Source of the DNA: Camelus ferus
Lineage: Eukaryota
DNA length: 64,000 bases
Reading direction: 5' to 3'
Assembly: GCF_009834535.1 (NCBI RefSeq)
Contig: NC_045696.1
Coordinates: 14,138,001-14,202,000 of the forward strand
In this document: positions 12,430-26,269 of the stretch, piece by piece
Layout: every line of letters begins with the position of its first letter
How positions within the stretch are numbered: the stretch's first letter is position 1
Notes under the pieces: model-generated
What the model was told of the DNA's origin: nothing
What the model saw: only the letters and a program-made list of their open reading frames with translations
Databases searched by the model: none
Made by a program: the position numbers and the translations under genes

Positions 12430-15345
12430 TTCAGTTTTTTAAAATTAATTCATTATTTCTGACCTAACGTATGGTCTATCTTGGAGAACATTCTACACGT
12501 GTACTTGAGAGAAATTTGTGTTCTCTTGTTGCTGGCTATACACTAGACTGTGCTAGGCCTAGGTGGTTTATAGAGTTCTTCAACTATTTATATTACAATT
12601 TTCTGTATAGTTGTTCTATTCATTATTCAAAGTGGAATATTGAAACCTACAACTTTTATTATTGCAATCTTTCCCTTTTCATTCTGTCAATTTTTTGATT
12701 TGTGTATAGTGGAGCTCTGTTGTTAAGTACATTTGAATTTAAAATTATTGTTTCTTCCTGATAGATTGCCACATTTATCATTACAATATATTCTTCTTTC
12801 TTTATTAAATTTTTTTGTATTACAATGTCTATTTAATCTGGTATTCTTATATCCACTCTAGCTTTCTAATGGTTACTGTTTGCAAATAAATAAATTTTTT
12901 CAAGCGAATTAGATTATTGAAATATTTTTCTGATGGCTACTCTAAAATCTGTGTCAATAATTTGAATATTCGATAAACTTTGTGTTAATTGCAGTTGATT
13001 ATATTTCTCATTGGGTTTTAATTTTCTTATTTCTTGGCATGATAGTATAAGAGAAATGTTGTGTATTAAAGGCATCTTGGTTCTACTTAAATCTTTTTTT
13101 ATTTTTAAAGCAGGAAGTCACCATGTTTAGATTTAACACATGGTTCTTGTGAGCTATGATTCATAATTTTCAGAGTTGTTGCAGTGTTCTTTTGGTCTGT
13201 TTGGTTTATCCTGACCACTGGTTGTCCCACTGGTCCCTGCCATTGCTGCCTGAAAGAACAGAAAGAATTTCACCAGCCCATGTCCTCTATGTCTTTTGAT
13301 GGAGTAGTGGGACAGTAAGATTTCCCACCTGTCTCTCTCACTGCCAAGATGGCTCTTGGATGGGATAGGAGAGTCTTACTTACATAAGGCAGAGACTTCC
13401 TGAATTTGGACATAACTGCCTCTAAATAACATATGAAGTAAAGAAGAAATCACATGAGGCATTGAAAAATATTTTAGTAACTACTAAAGAAATGCAATTT
13501 AACAAATGTCGACTTATCAATAAAGAATTAGACGTAAATTTATACCTTTAGTTATGTTAGGAGAAAAAGGACATTTTAAAAATCAGTGCTCTAAGCTTTG
13601 TTAAAAATCTATAAAGGAAAAGAAATTTAAATATAAAATAAAAAGAATGAAGGAAAAATAAAGACATGAGTGGAATCAATTCAATAGAAAAAGAATAAAC
13701 TATAGGAATATCAATAATACTCAAAGAAGGCTCTTTGAACAGATCAAACTGATAAAATCTAGAAAAATGGATAAAGAATTTTGAAGAGACAATACAAATT
13801 ATCAATCTGAGAAATAAAAGAAGCAGCATCTTTTAGATCCTATTGGCTCCAAAAATTAGTGGATATTATGAAGAATATTTTGCCTATAAATTCCACAACA
13901 TAAATTAAATGGAAATTTTCTTTTAAATACACAAATTACCAACACTGAATCAAATAAATCAGAATAGCACTGTAACTGATAAAGAAAATGAATTTATAAT
14001 TAAAATTACAAATGCAAAAGGAACAATATGGACTAAGAGGTCTTCAGTTGTAAATTCTATTAAATTTTCATAAACCATACTTATGCGTAATGGAAGGAAA
14101 TGGCAGTAGGCTAGGAATTTAACACCAATATTTTTCTCCAAAGCCATACTGACAATAGATATATTACACTTCTGCATATTTTATTAATGTACTAAAAACT
14201 GAAACTAATCTTATGAAGAATGCATATATATATATCAAGTAAACATAGAAACACACTAGTAATAATGTACAATTTTAATATTCACTCTCATAAAAAACAA
14301 ATCAAAAAGAAAAAAATAAGTAAAAAGAGAGAAAATTTAAAAATTTAATTAATTAGTTTAATTAGTTTTCAAGGATGTATACTCACCTCTATAGAATTAG
14401 TAGAGAACAACCCTTCTTCTCAAGCTTTCATAGATAGTACACAAAACTTTATCATATATTAGGTCAGAAAAATTATTGGGAGTTTTTAAATTGGTAGTGT
14501 TTAAATACTGCTGAACACATTTTCTGTTATGCTTTAAAACTAGAAATTGCTAACAAAATCAAAAGACAGAGAATCCTGTTCACCTGGAGAGTAAATCTTT
14601 GATTAAACAATTCTCAGCTGAAAGAGAAAATACAAGATGAGATTGTAGAATTTCAGATAAATAATGGTAATGATAATAGTACTTAGAATCTGCAAGAAAA
14701 CTTCAAGCAGTAATTAGAGAAAAATGCATAGCACTGAACACTTCTGTCAGTGAAAATGAAAGAAATAACACAAATAAGTTAGTACCCCAGGTTAAAAAAA
14801 AATTCATAAACAACAGTGAAGTGCAAACCAAAGAAACGGCAAGGAAGGAAGTAATAAATAGACATAAGCATAAATTAATAAAGTAGAAGCTACTAAAAGT
14901 TAGACTTTTAAAATGATTCAAAATGCTACTATTTCCAAAGTTTGACATTTATAAATCACTTGCTAATTAATTTAATCAATTTGACCATAATCAAAGAAAA
15001 AGAAGCATAAACTAAGTAAGAAATAATAAAAGGAAAATAAATATGGAAACAAGATGTTTTAAAATTCATATGAATCAAATTTGCAGATCTTTAAGGTAAT
15101 ACATTTGGAAACCTAGATGAAGAGGATAATTTCATAAAGGAATACAGATTACCAAACTTGACACCGTTACATTTAGAAAATATAAACAGACCGATTTCCT
15201 TACAACAAGCAACAGCAACAAAAAACCTTAGAAATACAACACAAAATATTCCAGGTCCAGATAATTTTTCAGGGAAGTTCTACCAAATCTTCAGATGTAG
15301 AATAATTTGATGTTCTATAGATGGTTCCCTAGCACTGCAAATGAG
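12430..15345. mobile_element. Old L1 (L1M-type) fragments, minus then plus orientation (paralog ~22170-26250)
   Basis: A-rich ORF2-like remnants such as tttggaaacctagatgaagaggataatttc and ccaggtccagataatttttcagggaagttctacca. Confidence 0.7.
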
Positions 15346-15370
15346 GGAAACTTGTATTGCTATCAATGCA

Positions 15371-15780
15371 TGTGTCGGGCAGATTATTAAAGTGTCTTCA
15401 TGATTTCTGCCTCTTGATATCAACACCCTAGTGATGCCCTCATCTTGAGTGTGGACAAGATTTGTTATTTACTTCTAACAACAAAATATGACAAAAGTAA
15501 TAAAATATATGTGATTGTATGTATGTGATTCTGTTACATAAAATTGCATGGGATTGTAGCTCCCATCTTGCTGGAGTAGCTTCCTCTCCCTTCCTGGCTT
15601 AGAGAAAGCAAACAACTGTATCTGAGAACCAACATGGTAAGGAACTACAGGCAGCCTCCTGGAGCTGAAGGTGGCCTACAGCAGACAGCCTGCAGAGGCA
15701 TCCCACCAACAGTCAACACTGAGGCCCTCAGTTATACAACCACAAGGAACGAAATTCTGCCAAAACACTGTTTGTAAGTG
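15371..15780 (+). mobile_element. MLT1-type MaLR LTR (paralog 26270-26710)
   Basis: ttacttctaacaacaaaatatg ... ggtaaggaactacaggcagcctc ... acaaccacaaggaacgaaattctgccaa. Confidence 0.75.
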
Positions 15781-15836
15781 ATGTTGGACATCAAATAACT
15801 GACGTAAAACCAGGGTTTCTGTTTAGATTGAACAAG

Positions 15837-15842
15837 TTTATT
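15837..15842 (-). promoter_or_regulatory. Poly(A) signal, KRTAP6 copy B
   Basis: AATAAA on minus ~285 nt past the stop, with T/GT-rich sequence downstream on that strand. Confidence 0.75.
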
Positions 15843-16127
15843 AGGTCAACAGAGAAACAAGCTCCAACATGAAAGTCAAGGCAGTTGCTTGACACCATCA
15901 TCCTGACAAAAGCAGAACTCTGAGGTCACAGGTGAATTTCACCATCTCATACTTCTTGAGGTAAATTCAGGGAATTTGTAGGTTGAACGGTAGGTCAACA
16001 ACAGACCATATTAGACTTCCATGATGCAGGGTAATCATCACCCAAGGGAGAGGCACAGAACATGAGAGGTTCAGAATGGGGAATCCTGAGGTCCAGGTGT
16101 AGAGGATGAGAGTCTTCCATGGCGTCC

Positions 16128-16307
16128 TCAATAGTAGTAACCAAAGCCAGAGCCGTAGCCAGAGCCACACCCATAGCCACAGTCATAACCACAGCCCAGT
16201 CTGCGGAAGCCACAGCCATAGCAGGACCCATAGCCGCAGCCCAGGCCTCTGTAGCCACAGCAGCCATAGCCACGGCCCCCATAGTAGTTTCCGTAGTAGC
16301 CGCACAT
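16128..16307 (-). CDS. KRTAP6: Keratin-associated protein 6 family, copy B, 59 aa (chimeric flanks)
   Basis: [66 protein letters not shown] at 16397-16403, AATAAA at 15837-15842. Confidence 0.95.
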   Translation of the reverse strand: MCGYYGNYYGGRGYGCCGYRGLGCGYGSCYGCGFRRLGCGYDCGYGCGSGYGSGFGYYY

Positions 16308-16396
16308 GGTGTTGGTGTTGGGTTGAGGTTGTCCTTGGGTAGAGATGGAGAGTAGAAGTGTCACTTCAGGGTGGACATGTCTCCCTGCAGAGGGCC

Positions 16397-16403
16397 TTTT
16401 ATA
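16397..16403 (-). promoter_or_regulatory. TATA box, KRTAP6 copy B
   Basis: TATAAAA on minus, same context as copy A. Confidence 0.85.
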
Positions 16404-19400
16404 TGTCCTCAGTGTGGGTATGACCCACCACACCTTCATGACGTTGCCAAACTTTATGACTAATCTAATTAGTTTGTTGTTCCTCAGCCATAAGATAAAG
16501 CTTGAGAGAAATTCAGGGAGCTTGCTGTCTTGGTTTCTCAGTTTGGACTCCTCTTATACAATTGAGGTTTTGAATGAAGGAGGCATCCACTCACAGCTAC
16601 GCAGACATGTCCAAAATTACACGTTCATTTTAACCTCCTGGTACCATCTTTTATATCAAGAAAGGTGGTATTTTTTAGACTTTTGTCCCTCAAGAATGTT
16701 ACTATTTTATAACATTTAAAAAAATTCCTTTTGAATGATAAATTTTTCTTCTCTCTTGATCTAAATTATTGCTTTCTCCAGGGATTTAGTGTCTTTTCTA
16801 TGTATCTTTCATGCCCATAGTCTTGATAATATTTTTACTCATTAAAATTTCAAGAGAATCAGTTCTGAACAAAATGCCTTCTACTTTCCTACTTTCACCA
16901 ATGTGTGGAATTTTCATTTATGTTCAGCTTCTACTAAAGGACATGAAAATAGAATTCATTCTTTGGAATCCAATTTCCGTATTTCTTTTTTCCCTAATTG
17001 TATATATAATTATTAGTTAATATTCTAGGTAACTATTCAACTGCATTAACATTATGTACTTGTGTTAACAATGAATTAGACAGAGAACTATTCCTTTCTC
17101 AGTATATCCAGTCAGTACACTCTATAACCTGGCATGCTGAACTTTCTTGCATAACCCTTGAATTACAACTACCTTCCTTGAAATCAATGTGATAACTCAT
17201 CATTTTGGGCAGCCAAAGAAAAATGTTGGTAGTGTTATAATCAGGAAGAATATTTCTCTATCTTTAAGAAAATGAATGTGGAAAGCAGCATTATTCAAAT
17301 AGAACAAGGATTTCTGATATACAATGATAGTTCTTAGTCAAAATATTATTTTTATATGTCTCTCAGGGTAACCTTAGGCTGGATTTAGAGAGTGGAATTT
17401 GGGGCTGGTTTACATTGCAGTGAAGATGGTTTAAGAAATTAGACATCCTCTGCATTTTAACCAACTGTCTCTGTAGATCATCAAAACATGGACATTGATA
17501 TTTTCAATTACTAATTCATCTAATATGGTAACCATTTCAAATGAATCAAGAGGAAATAACATCTTAATGATACATAAAAATGTCTTCATGCTAAAGATCA
17601 GATCAACACACTCATCTGTTCAACGACATGTGTTTTTGAATATATTTCCATGTGTTCTTGGTTGGTGCATTTTTTTAAAGTAAATATCTTATTGTAACAT
17701 TTAATTCATTACTGAATTGAGATGCGATAAGCAGAGGACATCTTCAAATTTCTCATATAGAAATTAGCAGTAGCTTCATCTCCCACAGTGCCAAGTCAAT
17801 CAATCACAAGTTTTTAGTAAAAACTAGTTGATATAATAATTCTTCTCCTTCAAGGATATGTAAGTTGTTATAACATGGCTAAATTTGGTAAGCCATAACT
17901 CTATCAGTTTTTTTAATACTATTACTAACCTAGGCTTTTTATGTATTTGATTAAAAAATAGAATACATTGTTTCTATGCAGCTCAATTTTCCTAATTTCA
18001 ACATTCATTATACTTTTTCTCCTTAAGGTTACATCCAGGAATTAATTTGGTTCTTTTGAAAACTGAGTTACCCTCTCTGATCATAGCAGTGAGAGCTTTG
18101 CACTGCATCATTTTTCCCCCTATTCTATCTGGTGTGTTATTCTGAATATACTTGATTCTCAAGTATATTCCAAAATCAAGGGTAAAACAAGCCTAATTTC
18201 ACTCTTCATGACCTTCAAAGTAATCCCCATTGTCATATTCTACTTCATAGCAAAACATCACAAGTGTATTTATACCCATGGAGGCATTTTGATATTCCTT
18301 TACCTCTCTGTTCTTATTTTTTGTTCTCTGGCCTCCACTGCTCTAACTGAGATGCCCTTGCAGAGATCAAGACTTCAGTCTTGCCCTATCTAAGAAGTCA
18401 AATGTTCAATTTACTCAGCCTCTGAGTACTTTTAGATCCACCAAACTCTTTTCATTCCTAAAAGACTCCAATCTTTAGCATCACCTTACAAACACAGCTT
18501 TGGTTCAGTTCCAACCTCAGCAGCTGCTTCTTTTGAGTATCTTCTCTTTTCTCTTCTCAGATTTTTCCCTCAACTGATAGAGTGCCCAGCTATGTGTTTG
18601 CTACACATATAGTCTCTAGCTAAACCTGTAGATGGATCGCACTTGGATACATTCTTTTTCTCAATCAGTGTTAATTTCAATCTTATTTTTTCCACATATA
18701 TTTAATATATATTATATATCTCATTTTCATATATTTTTCATGTATATTACATATTTTCATATATTATATTTTTCATATATATTATATATTACATATATGT
18801 GTGTGTGTGTGTGTCTTCAAATTAACCCTTATCTCCATGGATTAATAGTCATTAGAAATTTAACAAGACAAATTGCATTCAAGGCTCTCTATACTACTCA
18901 GCCTGCTTCATTATTTTTTCTACATCTCAAAGCATGCTTGGCATAAATCAGGTTGTGACCTTCCTTTTGAAAATCCTTCAAAGTCTTCCCACATTAGAAT
19001 GGCTAGAGTAGACACCAAGCATGCCATTAAACTTCAATTTCAGAATGTTGAATTTCAAAATTCAGAATATTGAATTTCCAAAAGCTTGCAAGGGGAATAT
19101 TTAAGCTAAAATAGTTTGTTTATCGACCATTTAGATTTAACTAGATGTCTTGCATTTTCATTTGTTACATCTGTCAACCCAAGGTTTAGAAAACATAGCC
19201 ACATGGCCCAGCCCTTCCTCTCCATTATGATTCACAGAACTTAGTCGCATTTCAGCGCCTCAAAATGACCTTGTTGTTTCCGCCATAAACTCTCCGCCCT
19301 TGAGCTCTTGAAGTAATAACAAAAATATCTCACCTTCTCTCTTAGTTCTCTCAGACAGCCTTTTCTTGACCACACAGTGTTATGTAATCCCTCATCAATA

Positions 19401-20785
19401 ACTCTTTTAATTTCCCCTAATTCACCTTCATTAAATATTTATATACCCACATCAGTATCAGAAAATATTCATTTTTAAATCTTTGTCTGTCTTGAATTGC
19501 CTGACCCAGCGTGATCCAGAATATATGCTCCATAAAAATAGTGACTTCATCTGTCATATTCACTGCTCCATTCCCAGTGCTTATAATAGTGCCCAGTGTA
19601 CAGTTGGTTCTTTAAAAAGTTTGATGTATGAAAGACATCATAGATATTCAGCTCAATAAATGGAAGAGTAGTTATGTTTTCCTTTTGAATCTCATATTTT
19701 AAAATGATTTTAGATTTGCATAAAGTTATGAAAATATTAAAAAAAACTCTCATAAACTCATTACTCAATATCCCCAACCTTAACATCTTTCATAGTACTT
19801 TTATCAAACCAATAAAGTCAACCTTGTACCACACTCTTAACTATGAATTCTTATTTTATTTTTTTTCCTTTTTATCTTTTTGTTGTTGTTGTTTCAGGAT
19901 CCAATCACATTGCCTTTGGTTGCGTATTATTTTTTCTCTTCCAATTAGTGCCAGTTTCTCTTTTACACTTCTTTCCTTGAGTGTCATGGCCTTGACAATT
20001 TTAAAGATATTGATCAGATATTTAGCAGAATATTCTCAATTTGGGTTTGTTTGAAGTTTTCTCATATGCATGCTGAGGTTATACATTTCAGCAGAAAGCC
20101 AAAAGAGATGTGCCTTTTTGAGCATGACATATCAGAGGGTACATCACATCAATAAAACACTGAGAGTTTCTGGGATCATTTTTAAACTTAGATTTCTGAT
20201 AGAATGACTCCTTCCTTTCCTATACATCCAGGATTAACTAATGGGGTTAAACTTCAGGGTCTTTCCCTAGTTTTGTGTCATATGTAGAATTATAGATACA
20301 TGTTTATGTAAGGTCTAACCCAAAGGGAAGTAAATATATTACTCCTCAAAAAGTGATAAGACTGAATTATTCAATGTTTTACAAGTGAATCCTGCTGACC
20401 ATGTCTTCTGTCCCACAAAATTTCCATTCTTCTCTTTCCTGTTAAAGCAACCCTTTTATTCCTAAGGCTTCATATATACACATAGAAGGTAGATATTAAA
20501 TGAAAATAAGATTTTCAACAGGTAGAATCTGTATGGGTTATACAATCTCATGGTAGCTAGTAACACAGTTTAAATTTGGAATCTGGGATAAACAAGCCAC
20601 CAAATTAGGAAATGGATCTTTTATTAAAGGCATATGATTTCATGATAAGCATCATGACACAAAACAGAGTTGTTTTGGCTTGGATATACTGGTTAGGAGG
20701 AATACTTGAGATAATTTTAACAACAATTAGTTTGAAACATGAATACAAGAGAGCCTGTGGTTTGCCCCATATACTACTCCATAAG

Positions 20786-20792
20786 TATATAA
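20786..20792 (+). promoter_or_regulatory. TATA box, KRTAP22 copy 2
   Basis: TATATAA followed by GGCCC, 77 nt before the ATG. Confidence 0.8.
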
Positions 20793-20862
20793 GGCCCTGG
20801 GCAGATTATAAACATAAAACCCTAGAAACTGACTCTGCCCTTCGACTGAGCCTTCTCACATC

Positions 20863-21024
20863 ATGAGCTTCTACAACAACTACTGTGGTGGCCTGGGCTA
20901 TGGCTATGGTGGCCTGGGATGTGGCTATGGATGTGGCTACGGTGGCTGTGGCTACAGTGGCTATGACTATGCCTGCTACCGCCCATGCTGCTATGGAAGA
21001 TACTGGTCTTCTGGCTTCTACTGA
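20863..21024 (+). CDS. KRTAP22-1: KRTAP22-1-like copy 2, intact, 53 aa (not in the ORF track)
   Basis: Hand translation: [53 protein letters not shown]. The MSFxNNY start and the position between KRTAP6 genes fit KRTAP22-1. ATTAAA at 21282-21287. Confidence 0.9.
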   Translation: MSFYNNYCGGLGYGYGGLGCGYGCGYGGCGYSGYDYACYRPCCYGRYWSSGFY

Positions 21025-22606
21025 GAAGTTCTAGATGCTCATCTGTTCAGGATATTCTCTGATGAGGCACCACATGTACCTCCTGCATTAATCCATAATA
21101 AGAATGTCCTTGTCTGTTCAGTAATGGCTACTGAATCTTAGACTACCATGCATCAGCAGACCTTTTTTAATGGAATTGCCTGAGTGTCCAACCATTTAGA
21201 AAAATATTCATTTGATCTATGTTACTGTTATAATTGAATACAATCTTAACCATTTCCATTTGGGAAAATGTCTAAATTTTCATTAAAGGTACTCTGTTTT
21301 TCACACATACAATGTTTTCATGTATATCATTTATGTAGATTTATTCCGACTGTGTGTGTGTTTGTTTAGAAGTTGTTGGCCTCTATATACACTCTCTTTA
21401 TTGACAATTTATTTGTGTGGTTGAAAAGTCATATTCAACCACTGCTTTTCTACTATGTGTTTTTTGTAAGTATATCCAGAGGCTACTATTATCTGCCTTG
21501 ATCTCATCAAAGCCTTATCTTTGGAACATTCAAACTTTGATATTGGCAAAGTGGTACCTCCCTGCTCACTACTTCATGCTGTCTCTTTAGCATCTCATTC
21601 TTTCTCTATACTTGGTATTTGAATATGCCTTTGGGAAGATGTAACTTTTTTCTTCTAAATTTTATATTACTGCTGATTCCTTTCCTACTGACAGTATGTA
21701 CTTGAACTCATCTGGTGCATTGTAGCTGCACAGGGGGCTTTCTGTCAGGAAGACAGAATTTGAGGTGTTTTTCAGTGAAATTTTCAATGGGTCAATCTGC
21801 TTTCTTTTTGGAAAGCTATCTGTTATGTCTCATAACAAGGCAGTGGCTTGGGTAGACTGAAATAATGCAAACGCAAGTCTGATCCAGAAGAGAGTCTGTA
21901 AAGTGCATCCCCAATCCTAGTAGTCTGGGTAATGTTCAGTAAAGTTGTTTACAGTAACTTTACCTAATTCACTCAATTTATTATTATTAAGCATTAGTAA
22001 TAATTTGAACAATGATGAGATATAAATCAACAATATCTATTAATTTTTTAGTAACTAATGCTAGAGTTTGTGGATGCCAAGACTGAAACTGAGTTCATAC
22101 ACAATGACTTTCTGAATACAGATCAAATTGTGAGATTGACCAAGATCTCAACTTGCCCCAAATGTGTTAATTAATTCATTCTTTTTGACCTAGCATATGG
22201 TCTATCTCGGAGAACATTCCACATGTGTACTTGAGAGAAATTTGTGGTCTCTTGTAATTGGGTATTTACTAGACGTCTGTTAGGTCTAGTTGGTTTATAG
22301 TGTTCTTCAACTATTTATATTATAATCATCTGCATAGTTGTTCTATCCATTATTCTAGTGGGATATTGAAATCTTCAACTATTATTGTTGCAGTTTTTGT
22401 CCCTTTCCATTCTGTCAATTTTTGATTTTTGGATTTTGAAGCTCTGTTGTTTTAATATATTTGAATTTAAAATTTGTTATCTTCTTGATAAATTGGCACA
22501 TTTATTATTGCAAAATGTCTCTCTCTTACTGTTTTAAAATTCCTTATTTCAAAATCCATTTAGTTGGTATTGTTAAACCCACTCAAGCTTTTTAATGTTT
22601 CTGTTA

Positions 22607-22607
<1 letters not shown>

Positions 22608-22653
<46 letters not shown>
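22608..22653. repeat. (CA)n microsatellite
   Basis: Seen directly. Confidence 0.95.
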
Positions 22654-22655
<2 letters not shown>

Positions 22656-23698
22656 ATCCTTTTGCTTTCAACCTATTTTTTTTCTAGAGATTCTGATTCC
22701 TAAAACATTTTATGATAGCTACTTTAAAATCTGTATCAGATAATTTGAACATTTGGTTAACTTATTGTTAAGGTCAAATGATTATTTTCTCTCATTCAAT
22801 TTGTAATTTTTATGTTTCTTGCTATAATAATGTGGAGAAATTATGTGTATCAAAAGCTTCTTGGTTCTATTTAAAGCTCTTTTAAAAGCAAGAAGTCACC
22901 CTGTTTAGGTTGAGGTATGTTGTGGGCTGTGATTCATAATTTTTAGAGTTGTTGCAGTAGTCTTTTGGTCTGTTTGGTTTATCTTGCACCACTGGCTGTC
23001 CCACTGGTCCATTGCTGCCTGAAAGTGCAGAAATAATTTCACCAGCCCACCTGCTGTGTGTCTTTTGGTGGAATGATGTTACAGTAAGATTCCCCACCTT
23101 TGCTCCTCAGTGCCAAGATGTGTTTGAAGAGAACAGAAGAGTGTAAAGTACATGAGAACAGTATTCCTTGATTTGGAAATAATTCCCTTTAAATAACCAA
23201 ATATATGGCTTACCACCAAAGAATTGATTAAACTGAGATTTACAGCTTTAAATATTTGTTAGGAAAGAAGGACATTTTAAAAATCAATTCTCTAAGCTTC
23301 TTTCAAAAGCAAAATAGGAAGAGAAAGTTAAATATAAAGTAAGAAGAATGAAGGAAAAATGGAGATATGAATGCAATTAATTCAATAGAAAATGGACAAG
23401 CTATAAAGAAAATCGATAATTACCTAAATTGGTAATTTGGACAGATCAATCAAATCGACAAGTTCTAGATATAAATCAAAAATACAGGAGAAAGAATATA
23501 AATTACTAGTGTGAAGAATGAAAGGATCAACATCTTTTAAAATCCCACAGGCTCAAAACATAAGTGGATAATATGAAGGATGTTAGCCAATAATTTCCAG
23601 AACGTGGATGAAATGAAAATTTTCCTTTAAATACACCAATTGCCAAAACTGACTCCAGTAAATTTGAATAACACTGTATCTAATAAAAAAATAAATTC

Positions 23699-24844
23699 TT
23701 ACAGTTTTGTAATCCCATCTATCCCTTCCCACCCTCTGCCCCCTTGGCAACCACAAGTTTGTATTCTATGTCTATAAGTCTATTTCTGTTTTGTATTTAT
23801 GCTTTTTTTTTGGTTTTTTTGGTTTTTTAGATTCCACATATAAGCGACCTCATATGGTATTTTTCTTTCTCTTTCTGGCTTACTTCACTTAGAATGATAT
23901 TCTCCAGGAGCATCCATGTTGCTGCAAATGGCATTATGTTGTCGGTTTTTATGGCTGAGTAGTATTCCATTGTATAAATACACTACTTCTTCTTTATCCA
24001 GTCATCAGTTGATGGACATCTAGGCTGTCTCCATGTCTTGGCTACTGTAAATAGTGCTGCTATGAACATTGGGGTGCAAGTGCCATCCTGGAGTAGTGTT
24101 CCTTCTGGGTATATGTCCAGGAGCAGGATTCCTGGGTCATACGGTAAGTCCATTTCTAGTCTTTTGAGGAATCTCCACACTGTTTTCCACAGTGGCTGCA
24201 TCAAACTGCATTCCCACCAGCAGTGTAGGAGGGTTCTCCTTTCTCCACAGCCTCTCCAGCATTTGTCTTTTGTGGATTTTTGAATGATGGCCATTCTGGC
24301 TGGTGTGAGGTGATACCTCATTGTAGTTTTGATTTGCATTTCTCTGATAATTAGTGATAATGAGCATTTTTTCATGTGCTTATTGATCATTTGTATGTCT
24401 TCCTTGGAGAATTGCTTGTTTAGGTCTTTTGCCCATTTTTGGATTGGATTGTTTGGTGTTTCTTATTAAGTTGCATGAGCTGCTTATATATTCTAGAGAT
24501 CAAGCCTTTGTTGGTTTCATTTGCAAAAATTTTCTCCCATTCCGTAGGTTGTCTTTTTGTTTAACTTATGGTTTCCTTTGCTGTGCAGAAGCTTGTAAGT
24601 ATCATTAGGTCCCATTTGTTTATTCTTGCTTTTATTTCTATTGCTTGAGTAGACTGTTCTTGAATAGATAAACAAGATTACACTGTATAGCACAGGGAAA
24701 TATACACAAGATCTTATGGGAGCTCACAGAGAAAAAATGTGACAATGAATAATTATATGTTCATGTATAACTGAAAAATTGTGCTCTACACTGGAATTTG
24801 ACACAACATTGTAAAATGATTATAAATCAATAAAAAAGTTTAAA
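23699..24844. mobile_element. Young L1 3' fragment with 5' inversion (minus 23699-24660, plus 24661-24844)
   Basis: Minus ORF 23983..24390 is the L1 ORF2 C-terminus ([16 protein letters not shown]...[11 protein letters not shown]). The plus part is the extreme 3' UTR with an A tail. AAATTC flanks both ends. Confidence 0.92.
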
Positions 24845-26269
24845 AAATTCATAATTAAACACAACTTTCCACAAAATAAACTTTAGGCTCCATTGTCTTC
24901 AGTGGTAAATTTTATTAAATATTTATACAGCATGCTTATAGGTACCTTAAGAAAATTGTAGAGCCTAGGAACTTGACTCCCAATATTTTTGTCCAAAAGC
25001 TCTAGTAAACAAGAGATACATTGAAGTTCTAGGTATTTTATTTACATGAAAAACACAGAAACTGTCTTCATGAAGAATCATTATCTCTCTATCTATCTAT
25101 CATCTACGTCAAGGAGAAGTAGATAGGAATACACTAATAATGGAAGACTTTAATGTACTGATCTCAGAATAAGACAGGTCAAGTAGAAAAAATAGGTAAT
25201 CAGAGAGAAGACCTAAACAATATAATCAATAAGATAGCTTTTATGGTTATATATTGACTTTTATATTCCAATAATAAAAAATAAAACTTCTTTTCAAGCA
25301 CCCACAGAACATCCACTATAATTTATTATATATTATGTCATACAGAAAATATTACTATGTTTTGTAAAGTAAAAATACTGAAAACAAATACTCGCTATTG
25401 TCATGCAACAAAACTGATAATTACTAGGAAAAAAAAGAATAGAAAATTTATTTAAAAATAAAATCAAGTGGTGGAAAAAAAACACACCTTTATCCTAGAA
25501 AGTAAAAAGTCTTTTATTAAAGAAATTGTTGGGATAAAAGAGGACATAAAAATAAAATTATAAATTTTTAAGTAATTAGTGGTAATGAAAATAGTCTATA
25601 ACAAAGTCTTTGAGAAAAATTTAAATTATTTAGAGAAAATTCATAGTGCTGAAAACATTTATAAGTAAAAATAAAAGTAAATTAATATTTCAGCTCAAAA
25701 CAATTCATAAAGGAAAACTAAGAAAACCAAAGAAAGCACAAAGACAGAAATACATCAAAAAGCAAAAATTAATGAGAATATGAAAAAGTGACTTAAATAA
25801 TGAGCCAAAATGCCATTATTTGAAATAATTAACAAAATTATTAAATTATAAACTACTTGCTAACTTGATGAAGACAAAAATAAATAAAGAAGCCATATGC
25901 AAAATATATAACGAGAAAAATGGACATTGAAATAGAAGAAATTTGAATCATCATATGAGACTACTTTTCAGAGCTCTGTGTATATAAATTTGAAAATCTA
26001 GATGAAATGGGTAATTTCCTAAAGAAATACAGATTACCAAGATGGACACTATTAGTCTTAGAGATCAGAAACAGACCAATTTCCTTGAAAGTAATAGAGA
26101 AAATTATTAACAAAATACCTCACATAAAAGCCCAGTCCCAGATGATTTCTCAGAATTCTATCAAATCTTCAAGGACAAGATAATCCTAATATTGTAAAAA
26201 TTGTTAAAGAGCACTGAAAATGGTGAACAACTTCCTAATTCCTATTAAAAAAGTACAGCATTGAGTCTG

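Larger units (their letters stand above)
6753..16067. repeat. Tandem segmental duplication unit 1 (KRTAP6 + KRTAP22 + L2/L1/MLT1 relics)
   Basis: Collinear with 16068-27445 over many blocks: 8140/17335, 9000/18930, 10480/20330, 11600/21440, 12470/22197, 13150/22925, 15100/25990, 15790/27127. Confidence 0.9.

Noticed and set aside
23983..24390. 135-aa ORF, and the 101-aa RT-like ORF at 45229-45534
   Set aside because: Fragments of truncated L1 ORF2. Not a host gene and not a novel reverse transcriptase system.
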